Shown: one piece after another, positions 38,630 to 48,623 of the stretch
Position numbering within the stretch: position 1 is the stretch's first letter
How the letters are laid out: each line of letters starts with the position of its first letter
NCBI GenBank assembly: GCA_018268015.1
Contig: JAFDXJ010000021.1
Location: forward strand, 10,965-74,964
Direction of reading: 5' to 3'
DNA: 64,000 bases
From: Bacteroidota bacterium
GTDB taxonomy: Bacteria > Bacteroidota > Bacteroidia > Chitinophagales > Chitinophagaceae
Notes under the pieces: generated by a model
Database searches by the model: none
The model's input: only the letters and a program-made list of their open reading frames with translations
Told to the model about the DNA's origin: nothing
Translations under genes and position numbers: made by a program

Positions 38630-39520
38630 ATGTATTATTTGATCAATGGTTTATTCTTTTTATTTTCATTATTGCCCTGGCGATTTCTATATTTTTTAAG
38701 TGATCTTTTTTCTTTTATTTTCATCCATATTATTCGATACAGAAGAGAGATTATACTTCATAACCTGCAAATTGCCTTCCCGGAATTGTCCGATGAAAAG
38801 CGTTGGGAAATTGCCAAGAAATTCTATAAAAATTTTGTAGACAATTTTATAGAAACCATAAAGCTCCGATTTATTTCTAAAAAAGAATTAAGTAAAAGAT
38901 TTATCTATAATCATGATATTTTATTACAACCGGCAAAAGCAGGGAGGAATTTGACAATTGCGCTATGTCATTCCTTTAACTGGGAATATGCAAATCTTGG
39001 GCTTTCTGCAAACTTCCCATATACTTTTATCTGTGTTTATATGCCTATCAAAAACAAGTCACTGGAGCGTGTTTTCATAAAAATGCGTAATCATTTAGGA
39101 TCAAAACTTGTGAGAGCTACTCAATTCAGAAAAGATTTTTTACCCTATCATAAACAGATCTTTGCTATTGGCCTGGTATCTGATCAAAACCCCGGTGATC
39201 CGGGTACAGCTTATTGGTTACCCTTTTTCGGAAAAATGACTCCATTTGTAAAAGGCCCGGAAAAAAATGCAATTTCTAATAATGCTTATGTTGTTTATTG
39301 CCATTTAAAAAAAGTAAAGCGGGGATATTATTCCTGTAACCTTGAAATTATCACCAAGGCTCCTAAAGAATTAGCTCCGGGTGAAATCACAAAAATGATT
39401 GTTTCAAGAATGGAAAAAACGATCCGTGAACAACCTGAAAATTATTTATGGAGCCATCGCCGGTGGAAATGGGACTTCTCAGAAGAAAAATATGGCGCTT
39501 CTAAAATATTAAGAAACTAA
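38630..39520 (+). CDS. Lipid A biosynthesis (Kdo2-lipid IVA) acyltransferase family protein, LpxL/HtrB-like
   Basis: N-terminal membrane anchor LFFLFSLLPWRFLYFLSD, and a family-typical C-terminus (PENYLWSHRRWK). The listed ORF start 38468 overlaps nadB and is rejected. Confidence 0.75.
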   Translation: MYYLINGLFFLFSLLPWRFLYFLSDLFSFIFIHIIRYRREIILHNLQIAFPELSDEKRWEIAKKFYKNFVDNFIETIKLRFISKKELSKRFIYNHDILLQPAKAGRNLTIALCHSFNWEYANLGLSANFPYTFICVYMPIKNKSLERVFIKMRNHLGSKLVRATQFRKDFLPYHKQIFAIGLVSDQNPGDPGTAYWLPFFGKMTPFVKGPEKNAISNNAYVVYCHLKKVKRGYYSCNLEIITKAPKELAPGEITKMIVSRMEKTIREQPENYLWSHRRWKWDFSEEKYGASKILRN

Positions 39521-40929
39521 TTGAGTATTTCTTTGTTTTTTTCCTGTTCTATTTTATCCTGTTTTTTAATTCCTGACCAGCCTTCATTTACATTCCTGAT
39601 GTTATGAATACCCTGCCGTTTTAAAAGTGAACATGCAATCACACTCCTGTACCCCCCTGCACAATGGATATAAATGTTATCTGTTTCATCAATATCAGCC
39701 ATCTTACCCAGGTCAGTCATATCAGAAAGAGGAAAATGAATTGCATCTTTTATATGGCCATCACCAAACTCTATGGCATTGCGTACATCAAGAACATATA
39801 ATTTAGGGTCAAATTGTATATCCATGGCTAATTCATCCGGATCTATAGATATAATCATATCTACAGGCTTCCCGGCATCTTTCCAGGTTTCAAAACCACC
39901 ATCTAAAAATCCTGTCATTTTATCAAAACCTACCCGGGCTAATCTGGTTACCGTTTCCAATTCTTTTCCCTGTTCTGCAACCAGCAGGATATTTTTATCA
40001 AAAGGGATTAAACTACCGGACCATTCAGCAAATCGGCCATCCAGACCTATCCCAATAGAACCTGGAATAAATCCTTCCGAAAAAAATGCGGCCGGTCTGC
40101 TATCCAGGATGATCGTTTCCTGATCTTCCATTATTTGAGCAAATTCATTGGCATCAAGAGGATGCAAACCTTTTTCGAAAATTTTTTCCAGACTGATGTA
40201 CCCTTTCTTGTTCAATGTAGCATTTATGGGAAAATATAATGGCGGAGCTTGTATTCCCTCTGTTACGATTCGAATAAAGTCTTCTTTAGTACCTGCTTTC
40301 AAAGCAACATTCGATAATTTTTCATCGCCTATTGTACTGACTGTTTTATTACTGATATTCTTTCCACAACTGCTTCCCGGTCCGTGGGCAGGATATACAA
40401 CAACATCGTCAGGCAAATGCATTAACTGTTGTTGAATACTATCATATAAAAGTGCAGCAAGATCATTTGTTGTTAATTCAAAGACCCCTTGAGCCAGGTC
40501 CGGCCTTCCTACTCCTCCAACAAAAAGAGTGTCTCCGGTAAATACGGCTTTGGGTTTTCCATTTTCATCCAACAATAAATAGCATGTACTTTCCATAGTA
40601 TGACCCGGCGTATGTAAAACTTTTAGCATACAATTACCGAGGGAAAATGTTTCACCATGTTGAGCGGCATGAAAATCAAAAGCAGCTTCAGTTCCCGGTC
40701 CAAAAATGATGGGAGCGCCGGTAGCTTTAGACAAATCAATATGTCCGCTCACAAAGTCTGCATGAAAGTGGGTTTCAAAAATGTATTTAATAGTGGCTCT
40801 TCTTTCCTGTGCCAGTTGCAGGTATTGATCTATATCACGAAGTGGATCTATGATGGCCGCCTCGCCTTCGCACTCCAGGTAATAAGCAGCTTCACTCAGG
40901 CAACTTGTATATAATTGCTTTATAAACAT
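39517..40929 (-). CDS. MBL-fold persulfide-dioxygenase-like domain fused to two rhodanese domains
   Basis: Metal motif THFHADFVSGH, plus HTPGHT. The C-terminal rhodanese has the active-site loop HCAGGYRS. Confidence 0.85.
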   Translation of the reverse strand: MFIKQLYTSCLSEAAYYLECEGEAAIIDPLRDIDQYLQLAQERRATIKYIFETHFHADFVSGHIDLSKATGAPIIFGPGTEAAFDFHAAQHGETFSLGNCMLKVLHTPGHTMESTCYLLLDENGKPKAVFTGDTLFVGGVGRPDLAQGVFELTTNDLAALLYDSIQQQLMHLPDDVVVYPAHGPGSSCGKNISNKTVSTIGDEKLSNVALKAGTKEDFIRIVTEGIQAPPLYFPINATLNKKGYISLEKIFEKGLHPLDANEFAQIMEDQETIILDSRPAAFFSEGFIPGSIGIGLDGRFAEWSGSLIPFDKNILLVAEQGKELETVTRLARVGFDKMTGFLDGGFETWKDAGKPVDMIISIDPDELAMDIQFDPKLYVLDVRNAIEFGDGHIKDAIHFPLSDMTDLGKMADIDETDNIYIHCAGGYRSVIACSLLKRQGIHNIRNVNEGWSGIKKQDKIEQEKNKEILN

Positions 40930-40944
40930 TCTTTAAAAATTTGG

Positions 40945-40952
40945 CAAATATA
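40945..40952 (-). promoter_or_regulatory. -7 box TATATTTG (minus strand) upstream of the MBL-rhodanese gene
   Basis: The plus-strand sequence CAAATATA lies 16 nt upstream of the start at 40929, inside the 44-bp spacer after the ArsR gene. Confidence 0.4.
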
Positions 40953-40973
40953 CAAAATGCCTGCTCAGGCTGA

Positions 40974-41324
40974 TCAGTGGGATATTTCCACTAAATTCTT
41001 AACGAATTGATTGATGCTGTTGAGTCTTTCATAATTGATGGAATAATAAATGAATTTCCCTTCACGGTGAGTTCTTACCAGGTTAGCTTTTCTCAGAATA
41101 GCCAGGTGTTGAGAAGTGACTGATTGTTCCAGTCGAAGCTGAACATAGATTTCTGTTACAGTCATTTTCTCCTGATGGTCGAGCAACTTAATAATTTGTT
41201 GTCTTAATTTATGATTCAATGATCTTAAAATAATGGCAACTTTTTTTGTTTGCAGGAAGTCAATTTTAATTTCTCTTTGGTTGTCCTTATCCGTAAGAAT
41301 CATATGATATGTATGGTTATACAT
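40974..41324 (-). CDS. ArsR/SmtB family transcriptional regulator (contains no cysteine)
   Basis: Winged-helix pattern LRSLNHKLRQQIIKLLDHQEKMTVTEIYVQLRLEQSVTSQHLAILRKANLV. There is no Cys in the 116 aa. Confidence 0.85.
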   Translation of the reverse strand: MYNHTYHMILTDKDNQREIKIDFLQTKKVAIILRSLNHKLRQQIIKLLDHQEKMTVTEIYVQLRLEQSVTSQHLAILRKANLVRTHREGKFIYYSINYERLNSINQFVKNLVEISH

Positions 41325-41388
41325 TTTTTTACTTCTATTTTATGGATGTATTTAAAACAATAACCGTTATAAAGATACAACAATTCTT

Positions 41389-42072
41389 TTAGTGTTTATG
41401 GCCGGGGCCGGGAGTATAAAACTCTTTAACATATAAAGGTTCACTATAGGCCAAAGAAGCAAAATCTTTTTTTAGAAATGCCTGGAAGGATAAATAGGAA
41501 ATCGTGTTTTCATCATAAGAAATGTTTTGAAAAATTGCCTGTGGATTCACACATACTTGCTGAAATTTTAAAGAACCGTCCCCGATACATAATATCTTAT
41601 TTTTTTGAAGAAAAGTTTCCAGAAAATCTTTTTCCACCATCATAGCGCCAGGTGCAAAAATTATTTCCAACTGATGATTGTAAAGCGCTGCAAATACTTC
41701 CATTCTGCGGGCATCAATCATAGGACAAATCATGCCTATAAAATTTGAAAATTGCGGCATTCTGATAACGGAAAGTGCCATTAACTTTAATGCATCCAAT
41801 AAAATAAGCGGTTTATTCAATGCATAACAAATGCCTTTTGCACTGGCCATTCCTACACGTAAACCGGTATAGCTACCCGGCCCTGCTACCACAGAAACAG
41901 CATCTAAATCCACCAGAGAATATTTTGTTTTTGAAAAAATTGCTTGTATACCTGATTGCACAAATGCCGCATGAGTTTTTTGCACATGATTATGTATTGC
42001 AGATATACATGTTTCTCCCCGACTCAAAACAATGGAAGCATTTTGCGAAGCTGTATCAATCGTTAATATCAT
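41389..42072 (-). CDS. tsaB: tRNA threonylcarbamoyladenosine biosynthesis protein TsaB
   Basis: MILTIDTAS N-terminus and GPGSYTGLRVG motif. Confidence 0.9.
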   Translation of the reverse strand: MILTIDTASQNASIVLSRGETCISAIHNHVQKTHAAFVQSGIQAIFSKTKYSLVDLDAVSVVAGPGSYTGLRVGMASAKGICYALNKPLILLDALKLMALSVIRMPQFSNFIGMICPMIDARRMEVFAALYNHQLEIIFAPGAMMVEKDFLETFLQKNKILCIGDGSLKFQQVCVNPQAIFQNISYDENTISYLSFQAFLKKDFASLAYSEPLYVKEFYTPGPGHKH

Positions 42073-42103
42073 AACCCAGGATTCAAATAAAAAGATAATG
42101 TTG

Positions 42104-42724
42104 TTAAGCGTTTAATGATGCCTTTAGCAATAATGAACTGGGCAAGTAACGTGGATCATTTTCACTTAATTTATTTAAAAGTGTAACGACCTGATGCAAA
42201 CCAATTTTGTCTCCCCATTCAAAAGGACCAAAGGGATAATTGGTGCCCAATTTCATTGCCGTATCTATTTCCGTCTTCGTGCTTACCTGGTCATCTAATG
42301 CATACCAGGCTTCATTGATAATCATACAAATAATTCTTGCAGCAATCAATCCCGGGATATCCGGTACTTGTAAATATTTCCAGGACAATGCATTCATTAT
42401 GGATGCTACTTTTTCTTTCATCTCATCATGGAAAGCGACTTCCATGATATCCCTGCAAATGAAGCCCGGCCAGGCATTCATGCGTATAAAGTTTTTGGGG
42501 AAATGTTCGAGTGTAGAGATAACAGCATTTTTAAAAACCGGAATATGAGAAGGAAATTCTTCCATATAATTATTGCTTTCGGTGAAATCAAAAACAGCAT
42601 CCGGTTCTTTTGAAACATGTATGGGCTCACCAATTGCAAAAAAAATCACTTCCAATTCAGGTGCAATTCCTTTTTGCAAAAATTCTTTTTTTTGATCCTC
42701 AGATGCTCTTACAGCGATAAACAT
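42104..42724 (-). CDS. 3-hydroxyacyl-CoA dehydrogenase C-terminal-domain protein that lacks the Rossmann GxGxxG and the catalytic His context
   Basis: The C-terminal half matches 3HCDH (DIPGLIAARIICMIINEAWYAL...IDTAMKLGTNYPFGPFEWGDKIGL). The N-terminal ~85 aa have no glycine-rich loop. Confidence 0.7.
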   Translation of the reverse strand: MFIAVRASEDQKKEFLQKGIAPELEVIFFAIGEPIHVSKEPDAVFDFTESNNYMEEFPSHIPVFKNAVISTLEHFPKNFIRMNAWPGFICRDIMEVAFHDEMKEKVASIMNALSWKYLQVPDIPGLIAARIICMIINEAWYALDDQVSTKTEIDTAMKLGTNYPFGPFEWGDKIGLHQVVTLLNKLSENDPRYLPSSLLLKASLNA

Positions 42725-42741
42725 AGTAACTTTGTTTATCG

Positions 42742-42749
42742 CAAAAATA
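42742..42749 (-). promoter_or_regulatory. -7 box TATTTTTG (minus strand) upstream of the 3HCDH-like gene
   Basis: The plus-strand sequence CAAAAATA lies 18 nt upstream of the start at 42724. Confidence 0.4.
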
Positions 42750-42787
42750 AGCTTGCAGATAGAAAAAACTGATGTGAAAATAAAATA

Positions 42788-43180
42788 ATGATTATGTCAA
42801 AGAAAGTTATCAACTCAGAAAAGGCTCCGGCGCCCATTGGTCCTTATAACCAGGCTATATTAGCTAATGGTTTTTTATTTATCAGTGGCCAGATTCCCAT
42901 CATCCCGGGAACAAACGAATTAGAGAAAGGGGGTATTGAAAAAGAAACCCACCGTGTGATGAAAAATCTACAAGAGGTATTATTATCTGCAGGCATGCAT
43001 TTTGGTCATGTTGTAAAAACATCTATTTTTTTAAGTGATATGTCCCTTTTTACCAAAGTAAATGATGTCTATGGAGGTTATTTCAGCGGTGACCATCCGG
43101 CAAGAGAAACCATTGCCGTTAAAGGATTGCCTAAAGATGTTCAGGTAGAAATAAGTATGGTTGCCATAGAAAAGCTTTAA
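42788..43180 (+). CDS. ridA: RidA family reactive-intermediate/imine deaminase
   Basis: YjgF/RidA pattern APAPIGPYNQA...FISGQIP...PARETIAVKGLPKDVQVEI. The start may be the ATG at 42794. Confidence 0.9.
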   Translation: MIMSKKVINSEKAPAPIGPYNQAILANGFLFISGQIPIIPGTNELEKGGIEKETHRVMKNLQEVLLSAGMHFGHVVKTSIFLSDMSLFTKVNDVYGGYFSGDHPARETIAVKGLPKDVQVEISMVAIEKL

Positions 43181-43183
43181 GTC

Positions 43184-44344
43184 TTATCCTTTGATATGAT
43201 GTGCCCCATCGCCCGGTGAAACCATATATACAGAAGCATTCATTTTAAAATGTTCCAGGTAGCTGTTGGAAATTCTTTCTGCAACAATAGCTGCATGTTG
43301 AGATTCTATCAGGTTAATGGTACAGCCGCCAAAACCGCCGCCCATCAGCCTCGCACCTTTGACTTCCATAAATTTTGAACTTTCATTCACTAAAAAATCC
43401 AGTTCAGGGCAACTCACTTCATATAAATTTTTTAATCCCTCATGGGATGCATACATACATTTTCCAAAAGCGGTTATATCACCACTTTTTAGATAATGAG
43501 CGCCCTTTTTCGCCCTATCTATTTCTTCAATGATATATTTACACCTTTGAAAAATCTCATGATGCATCTCATTTTTTACCCTATTCAATTGATCATCAGA
43601 TGCATCCCTGAAATTTAAAACTTGCGGGAATTTTTTTTGTATGATGGATAATCCTTCTTCAGCCTGCATTCTCCGCTTATTATAGCCGCCATCATTCAGG
43701 TTATGTTTTACATTCGAATTAATGAGTACAATGGAATGAGTGGTGGGGAATTCTATTTTTTCACTTTCAATATGTATGCAATCAAGAAATAATATTTTAT
43801 TTTTTTCTCCAAACATGCTGGCATATTGGTCCATGATACCACACTTTACTTCAGGATAAGTATGTTCAGCCTTTTGACATAAAAAAGCGATGTTTTTTTT
43901 GGAAAGCTGCAATGAATTAAAATCATTGAGCGCTACTGCCAGCCCACATTCCAATGCTGCAGAAGAGGATAAGCCTGCACCTAAAGGTAAATCACCACCG
44001 AATACTGCATGAAAACCTTTTAAGGAATGACCTTTTTCTATAAACTGATGAATCACACCCAGTATATAATTTTTCCAACCTTTGGATTTACTGATAGAAG
44101 AAAAGTCGCCATGCACATATTCATCCATAGTGGCACTATACACGGAAAATTCATTTTCTTCAGCTTCCCCTATTGCAAACCAAAATCCCTGTGTAATAGC
44201 TGCCGGCATTACATAACCTGCATTATAATCTATATGCTCTCCTAACAAATTAATTCTTCCTGGTGCAAAATACAATTGTGCTTTCCCGGGAAATCGATCA
44301 TAGTAACATTTCAGAATATCCTGACCTTTATGTGTCTTCATCAT
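43184..44344 (-). CDS. galK: Galactokinase
   Basis: Signature GRINLLGEHIDYN and GHMP kinase motif GGDLPLGAGLSSSAA. Confidence 0.92.
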   Translation of the reverse strand: MMKTHKGQDILKCYYDRFPGKAQLYFAPGRINLLGEHIDYNAGYVMPAAITQGFWFAIGEAEENEFSVYSATMDEYVHGDFSSISKSKGWKNYILGVIHQFIEKGHSLKGFHAVFGGDLPLGAGLSSSAALECGLAVALNDFNSLQLSKKNIAFLCQKAEHTYPEVKCGIMDQYASMFGEKNKILFLDCIHIESEKIEFPTTHSIVLINSNVKHNLNDGGYNKRRMQAEEGLSIIQKKFPQVLNFRDASDDQLNRVKNEMHHEIFQRCKYIIEEIDRAKKGAHYLKSGDITAFGKCMYASHEGLKNLYEVSCPELDFLVNESSKFMEVKGARLMGGGFGGCTINLIESQHAAIVAERISNSYLEHFKMNASVYMVSPGDGAHHIKG

Positions 44345-44417
44345 ATTTTAAAATAAGAATTAATTGAAAGAATTCATTCTTTACTCTCGTAGTTCTATAT
44401 GAATAAAATTGAACTCG

Positions 44418-46016
44418 TTACTTTTTGACAAACATTTTATCCATCATTTTCTGGTCATGACCATAAATATCTTTCCTAAAATTCAATACTCCGTTATCAT
44501 CTACCCATGCAGTAAAATAAGCAATAACAACGGGAGTAGTCTGTTGTGTCTTTACCCATTTTTCTTTTGTTCCATACATGGCTGAGTCAATTTTACTAAT
44601 TGACCAGGACGTATCATTTCTCAATAAGAATTCGGCTAACTTCTTTGGTTCACCTAAGCGGATGCAACCATGACTAAAACTTCTGTTTGTAGCAGTAAAC
44701 AAATCCCGATTGGGTGTATCATGGAAATAAATATCATAATTATTGGGAAAAAGAAACTTCACTCGGCCAAGGGAATTATTCTCTCCTGGTAATTGACGTA
44801 CTAATGGGAGGTCACCATTATTACCCACAATTTCCATATCATGGTTTTGCAAATAATTTGGATTATTCGCAATTCCGGGTACAATTTCATTTTGAACAAT
44901 ACTTTTAGGAACATTCCAATAAGGCGCAAACACCACGTATTGCAGGTTCCCGGAAAATATCACTGTACCACTTGTTGTTTTGCCGACAATTACGTTCATC
45001 TCAAAATCAAGTTGGCCATTATTGTAAACATACATTTTATACTCTGGAATATTGACATAGATAAAATCTCCACTCTGCTGTGTAGGTAACCAGCGCATCC
45101 GTTCCAAATTGACTAATATTTGTTTAATCCTTTGATCAATCGGTACATTTAATTCATACATCATATTTTTTCCAATGGCTCCATCCGGTGATAAGCCCAT
45201 TCTAATTTGAAATTTTTTTGTTGCTGCTAATAATGATGTATCAAAAATGGGAGTAGTATCTTTTAAAGCAAGATCGCCTAATTCATATAAACGATTCTTG
45301 ATTTTGGGCAATAAATAATTTTTTTCTCCTAAATGTACCGGCTTATCCGGTGTAGGTATTGAATCCCATCTTAGTTTTTTTAATTCATAATACTTATTTA
45401 AAAAAGAAATTAATTTTTTATACCCCGGGCTCACATTTTCATTGATCTCCCTTATATCATTTGTTGAGATTAAAACGGAATCCAATAAAGCAGAAAGATT
45501 TAATTTTTTCCTGGGAATATACCACCCTAATTGAGTGGCATCCACATCACTGCCATTAAATACTTTTGCGGCATACTTAAAAAATTGACCAGACATTCTC
45601 AATTCCGTTTCTAAGGTTTCCCCGGAAGATTTTTTTAAATCGGCAACCTGATGAAATTCATCATATCTCTTATACAAAGCTGCATCATATAAAGAACTAT
45701 CATGTAATTCTTCTATTGTTGAATTCAATAGATTCAAAAAATTGTGTGCCTGTTCACCAAGCCCACTCGAATCAAACCAGGCATATTCATAATTTCTTTC
45801 TTTATAAAAATTAAAAAACTGTTCGGAATAAAGTTGTAAGGAAGGATTGTCTACAAGGAATTTTGCCAGTGAACTACTATCCAGGAAAAGATTATTAAAA
45901 GAAGTTAATATTGTAATGCTCGTATCTCTTTCTACAATTTTATTTTTCCCATTTCCACAGCCAATGAAAATAAAATTCAAAATAAACAGAAGAATGGGAA
46001 TACGGGTAAACTTCAT
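44418..46016 (-). CDS. L,D-transpeptidase (YkuD domain) with a peptidoglycan-binding domain, lipoprotein
   Basis: Lipoprotein leader FIFIGCGNG, PG-binding segment KKFQIRMGLSPDGAIG, and catalytic motif SHGCIRL. Confidence 0.88.
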   Translation of the reverse strand: MKFTRIPILLFILNFIFIGCGNGKNKIVERDTSITILTSFNNLFLDSSSLAKFLVDNPSLQLYSEQFFNFYKERNYEYAWFDSSGLGEQAHNFLNLLNSTIEELHDSSLYDAALYKRYDEFHQVADLKKSSGETLETELRMSGQFFKYAAKVFNGSDVDATQLGWYIPRKKLNLSALLDSVLISTNDIREINENVSPGYKKLISFLNKYYELKKLRWDSIPTPDKPVHLGEKNYLLPKIKNRLYELGDLALKDTTPIFDTSLLAATKKFQIRMGLSPDGAIGKNMMYELNVPIDQRIKQILVNLERMRWLPTQQSGDFIYVNIPEYKMYVYNNGQLDFEMNVIVGKTTSGTVIFSGNLQYVVFAPYWNVPKSIVQNEIVPGIANNPNYLQNHDMEIVGNNGDLPLVRQLPGENNSLGRVKFLFPNNYDIYFHDTPNRDLFTATNRSFSHGCIRLGEPKKLAEFLLRNDTSWSISKIDSAMYGTKEKWVKTQQTTPVVIAYFTAWVDDNGVLNFRKDIYGHDQKMMDKMFVKK

Positions 46017-46053
46017 TTAAACTCCTTTGAAGGTTGAAACTACAACTTTTGTT

Positions 46054-46755
46054 TTAATTATTTAACAATGCCAATGCAACAAGTGCAGCTGTTTCAGATC
46101 TCAGGCGGTTTCTTCCTAATGAAACAGGTGTGAATCCCCTGGTTAAGGCCATTTCTATTTCTTCCGGGGTAAAATCACCTTCCGGTCCGATAAGCATTTG
46201 AATATGCCCAGAGGAGTGGTCTGCATGCAAATTTGATTTTTCAGCTTCTTCGCAATGAGCGATATATTTATAGTCAAACCCTTCTAAAAGAATTGCTTTT
46301 TCAAAAGACAGAGGTTCTTGTAAAACCGGTAACCAGCTCTGTTTACTTTGCATTAATGCGGATTTCATAATTTGTTTCATCCGATCATGCCGCACATTTT
46401 TTTTCTCTGTTCTTTTTGAAATAACCGGAATAATTTCACTGACACCAATTTCGACGGCCTTCTCCAGAAACCATTCAAAGCGGTGTATATTTTTGAGTAC
46501 ACAACTACAGATACTGATTTTATTTATGGGGGGTATAGTTTGATCTTTGGTATGCGTATGGAAAATCGTTTTTTTCTTATCCATCCAGGTTATTGCACCA
46601 TGTAGTAAGACTCCTTTTCCATTTGTTATCACAATTTCAGAACCTGACTTTAAGCGAAGAACCTGTTGAATGTGATGACTGTTTTCCTCATTCAGTTGGA
46701 TCATTTCATTGCTCAGGGAAATGTTTTCTTCGAAAAAATAGGGGGTATCCTGCAT
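46054..46755 (-). CDS. rsmE: 16S rRNA (uracil1498-N3)-methyltransferase
   Basis: RsmE pattern HHIQQVLRLKSG and C-terminal IGPEGDFTPEE...LGRNRLRSETAA. Confidence 0.9.
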   Translation of the reverse strand: MQDTPYFFEENISLSNEMIQLNEENSHHIQQVLRLKSGSEIVITNGKGVLLHGAITWMDKKKTIFHTHTKDQTIPPINKISICSCVLKNIHRFEWFLEKAVEIGVSEIIPVISKRTEKKNVRHDRMKQIMKSALMQSKQSWLPVLQEPLSFEKAILLEGFDYKYIAHCEEAEKSNLHADHSSGHIQMLIGPEGDFTPEEIEMALTRGFTPVSLGRNRLRSETAALVALALLNN

Positions 46756-46769
46756 TTCCTTCCGTTTTG

Positions 46770-48320
46770 CTAATCTTCAAAACCATCATCAAATTCTCCA
46801 CTATTCATTCGGCTGCCTTTTTGCATAAATAATTTTGAGCCACCAGTAAAATCATCAGGTGATGGAGGAGTGATACGTTTAAAATTATTTCCGGGCATAA
46901 AGCCATCATCATTCCAATCGGTGAATTTTTGAATGGATAGCATGGCGCGTAATTTTATTTCTTCCAAAGATCCGTTACGGTGTTTGGCAATTTTAATCAT
47001 CGTTAAATCTTTCACATCTAAACCATCCGGGCTGCTATAGTTTTCATACATTTCATTCCGGTAAATAAACATGACAAGATCCGCATCCTGTTCGATGGCT
47101 CCTGATTCACGCAAATCACTAAGTAATGGCACTTTGCTGCTTGCTCTGCTTTCAACAGCCCGATTCAACTGGCTTAGAGCGATGATGGGTACATTTAATT
47201 CTTTTGCCAGGGCTTTCAGGTTTCTGGAAATAGTGCTTATTTCTTGTTCTCTGTTTGAGTTGCGTTCTTTTTGCCCACTCATTAATTGAAGATAATCTAT
47301 AATGATCAGGCCTACTTTGTGTTTATTTACCAAGCGCCTGGCTTTGGCACGGAACTCAAAAATATTCAACGCTGCAGTATCATCAATGAAAATGGGCGCT
47401 TCAATAAGTTTTTCAATACCTTTTTTTTGCAATTGACTATACTCGTGTTCTTCTAATTTCCCTCGTGCAATTTTTTGCATGGGAATTTCACTTTCTGCAG
47501 ATAATATCCTTTGGACTAATTGGGAAGCACTCATTTCCAATGAAAAGAATCCAACTCCTATTGGCCTGGTTGGGTGGAGTGCAGCATTTCTGGCCAGATT
47601 AAGTGCAAAGGCGGTTTTACCCACAGAAGGGCGAGCTGCCAGGATGATTAAATCCGTTGGCTGCCAACCAAAAGTCACTTTATCTAAACTTTTGTACCCA
47701 CTGGGAACTCCTGAAATATCTTCCGTGCTATTGCGCAATTCATCTATCCGGTTAATGGCTTCTGTGAGCGCATGTCCCATGGATTTATAATCCGTTTTTA
47801 AGAAGTTGTTGGTGATATTGAAAATTTTATCTTCCGCATCATCCATCAAATCAAATACATCTGTACTATCTTCATAAGCATCGCCAATGATTTCACCGGA
47901 GATTCGGATTAATTCCCTTTGCACAAATTTTTGCAAAACAATACGGGCATGAGCTTCCAGGTTGGCTGTGGATACAACACTGTTGGTGAGCTTAGTGATA
48001 AAATAGGGTCCTCCAACATTTTCTAAATCACCGGAAGATTTTAATTCTTCTACTACGGTAAGAATATCTATGGGTATGTTTTTACTGGCCAGTGATACAA
48101 ATGCTGAATAAATGCGTTGATGGGAATCTATATAAAAACATTCAGGCCTTAAGATTTCTATGACCGTATCAAAAGCATTTTTTTCGAGCATTACAGCACC
48201 TAAAATCGCTTCTTCCAAATCTTTTGCCTGGGGTGGTAATTTTCCATAAATCATCGGGTTCAGATCAATACCCGGCTTTCTTCTTGCTTTTCGGTCTTTA
48301 TTCAAATTGGTAATATCCAT
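46770..48320 (-). CDS. dnaB: Replicative DNA helicase
   Basis: N-terminal PPQAKDLEEAILGAVM, Walker A ARPSVGKTAFALN, and the SLEMS and IIDYLQLM motifs. Confidence 0.95.
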   Translation of the reverse strand: MDITNLNKDRKARRKPGIDLNPMIYGKLPPQAKDLEEAILGAVMLEKNAFDTVIEILRPECFYIDSHQRIYSAFVSLASKNIPIDILTVVEELKSSGDLENVGGPYFITKLTNSVVSTANLEAHARIVLQKFVQRELIRISGEIIGDAYEDSTDVFDLMDDAEDKIFNITNNFLKTDYKSMGHALTEAINRIDELRNSTEDISGVPSGYKSLDKVTFGWQPTDLIILAARPSVGKTAFALNLARNAALHPTRPIGVGFFSLEMSASQLVQRILSAESEIPMQKIARGKLEEHEYSQLQKKGIEKLIEAPIFIDDTAALNIFEFRAKARRLVNKHKVGLIIIDYLQLMSGQKERNSNREQEISTISRNLKALAKELNVPIIALSQLNRAVESRASSKVPLLSDLRESGAIEQDADLVMFIYRNEMYENYSSPDGLDVKDLTMIKIAKHRNGSLEEIKLRAMLSIQKFTDWNDDGFMPGNNFKRITPPSPDDFTGGSKLFMQKGSRMNSGEFDDGFED

Positions 48321-48517
48321 GTATACTAGAAAACTTTTCAGATTAAGAATCTTTCCTTTTGATTATATCCATTTATAAATTTAATATGGCCAAACTGTTC
48401 TCTTCCTAAATTTAATGTAAACTTCAAAAGGGAAACGAATATAGGCGTGAAAATGATGAGGAAAAAAATAAATTTAGAAATATTTTTATTGACTATTTAT
48501 GCAGGCTCTTTTTTTAC

Positions 48518-48623
48518 TTATCCACTTATTTATCATCGTTAGTCAGTTAAATATTTATTTTTTACACAAAAAAGAAAAGTTCCTGAACGAATAGAATTAT
48601 TTATCAACTTTTTTTGTGCAAAA
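48518..48623. other. Cluster of DnaA-box-like 9-mers in a 512-bp AT-rich spacer (function unproven)
   Basis: Three 8/9 matches: TTATCCACT (48518-48526), TTTTACACA (48560-48568, against TTATnCACA), and TGTGCAAAA (48615-48623, reverse orientation). TTATCAACT (48601-48609) is a 7/9 match. Confidence 0.25.

Noticed and set aside
48453-48542. 29-codon hydrophobic ORF (MMRKKINLEIFLLTIYAGSFFTYPLIYHR) in the dnaB-pheT spacer.
   Set aside because: There is no promoter box or conservation evidence. It overlaps the best DnaA-box-like site. It cannot be told apart from a chance ORF in AT-rich DNA without ribosome profiling or comparative data.
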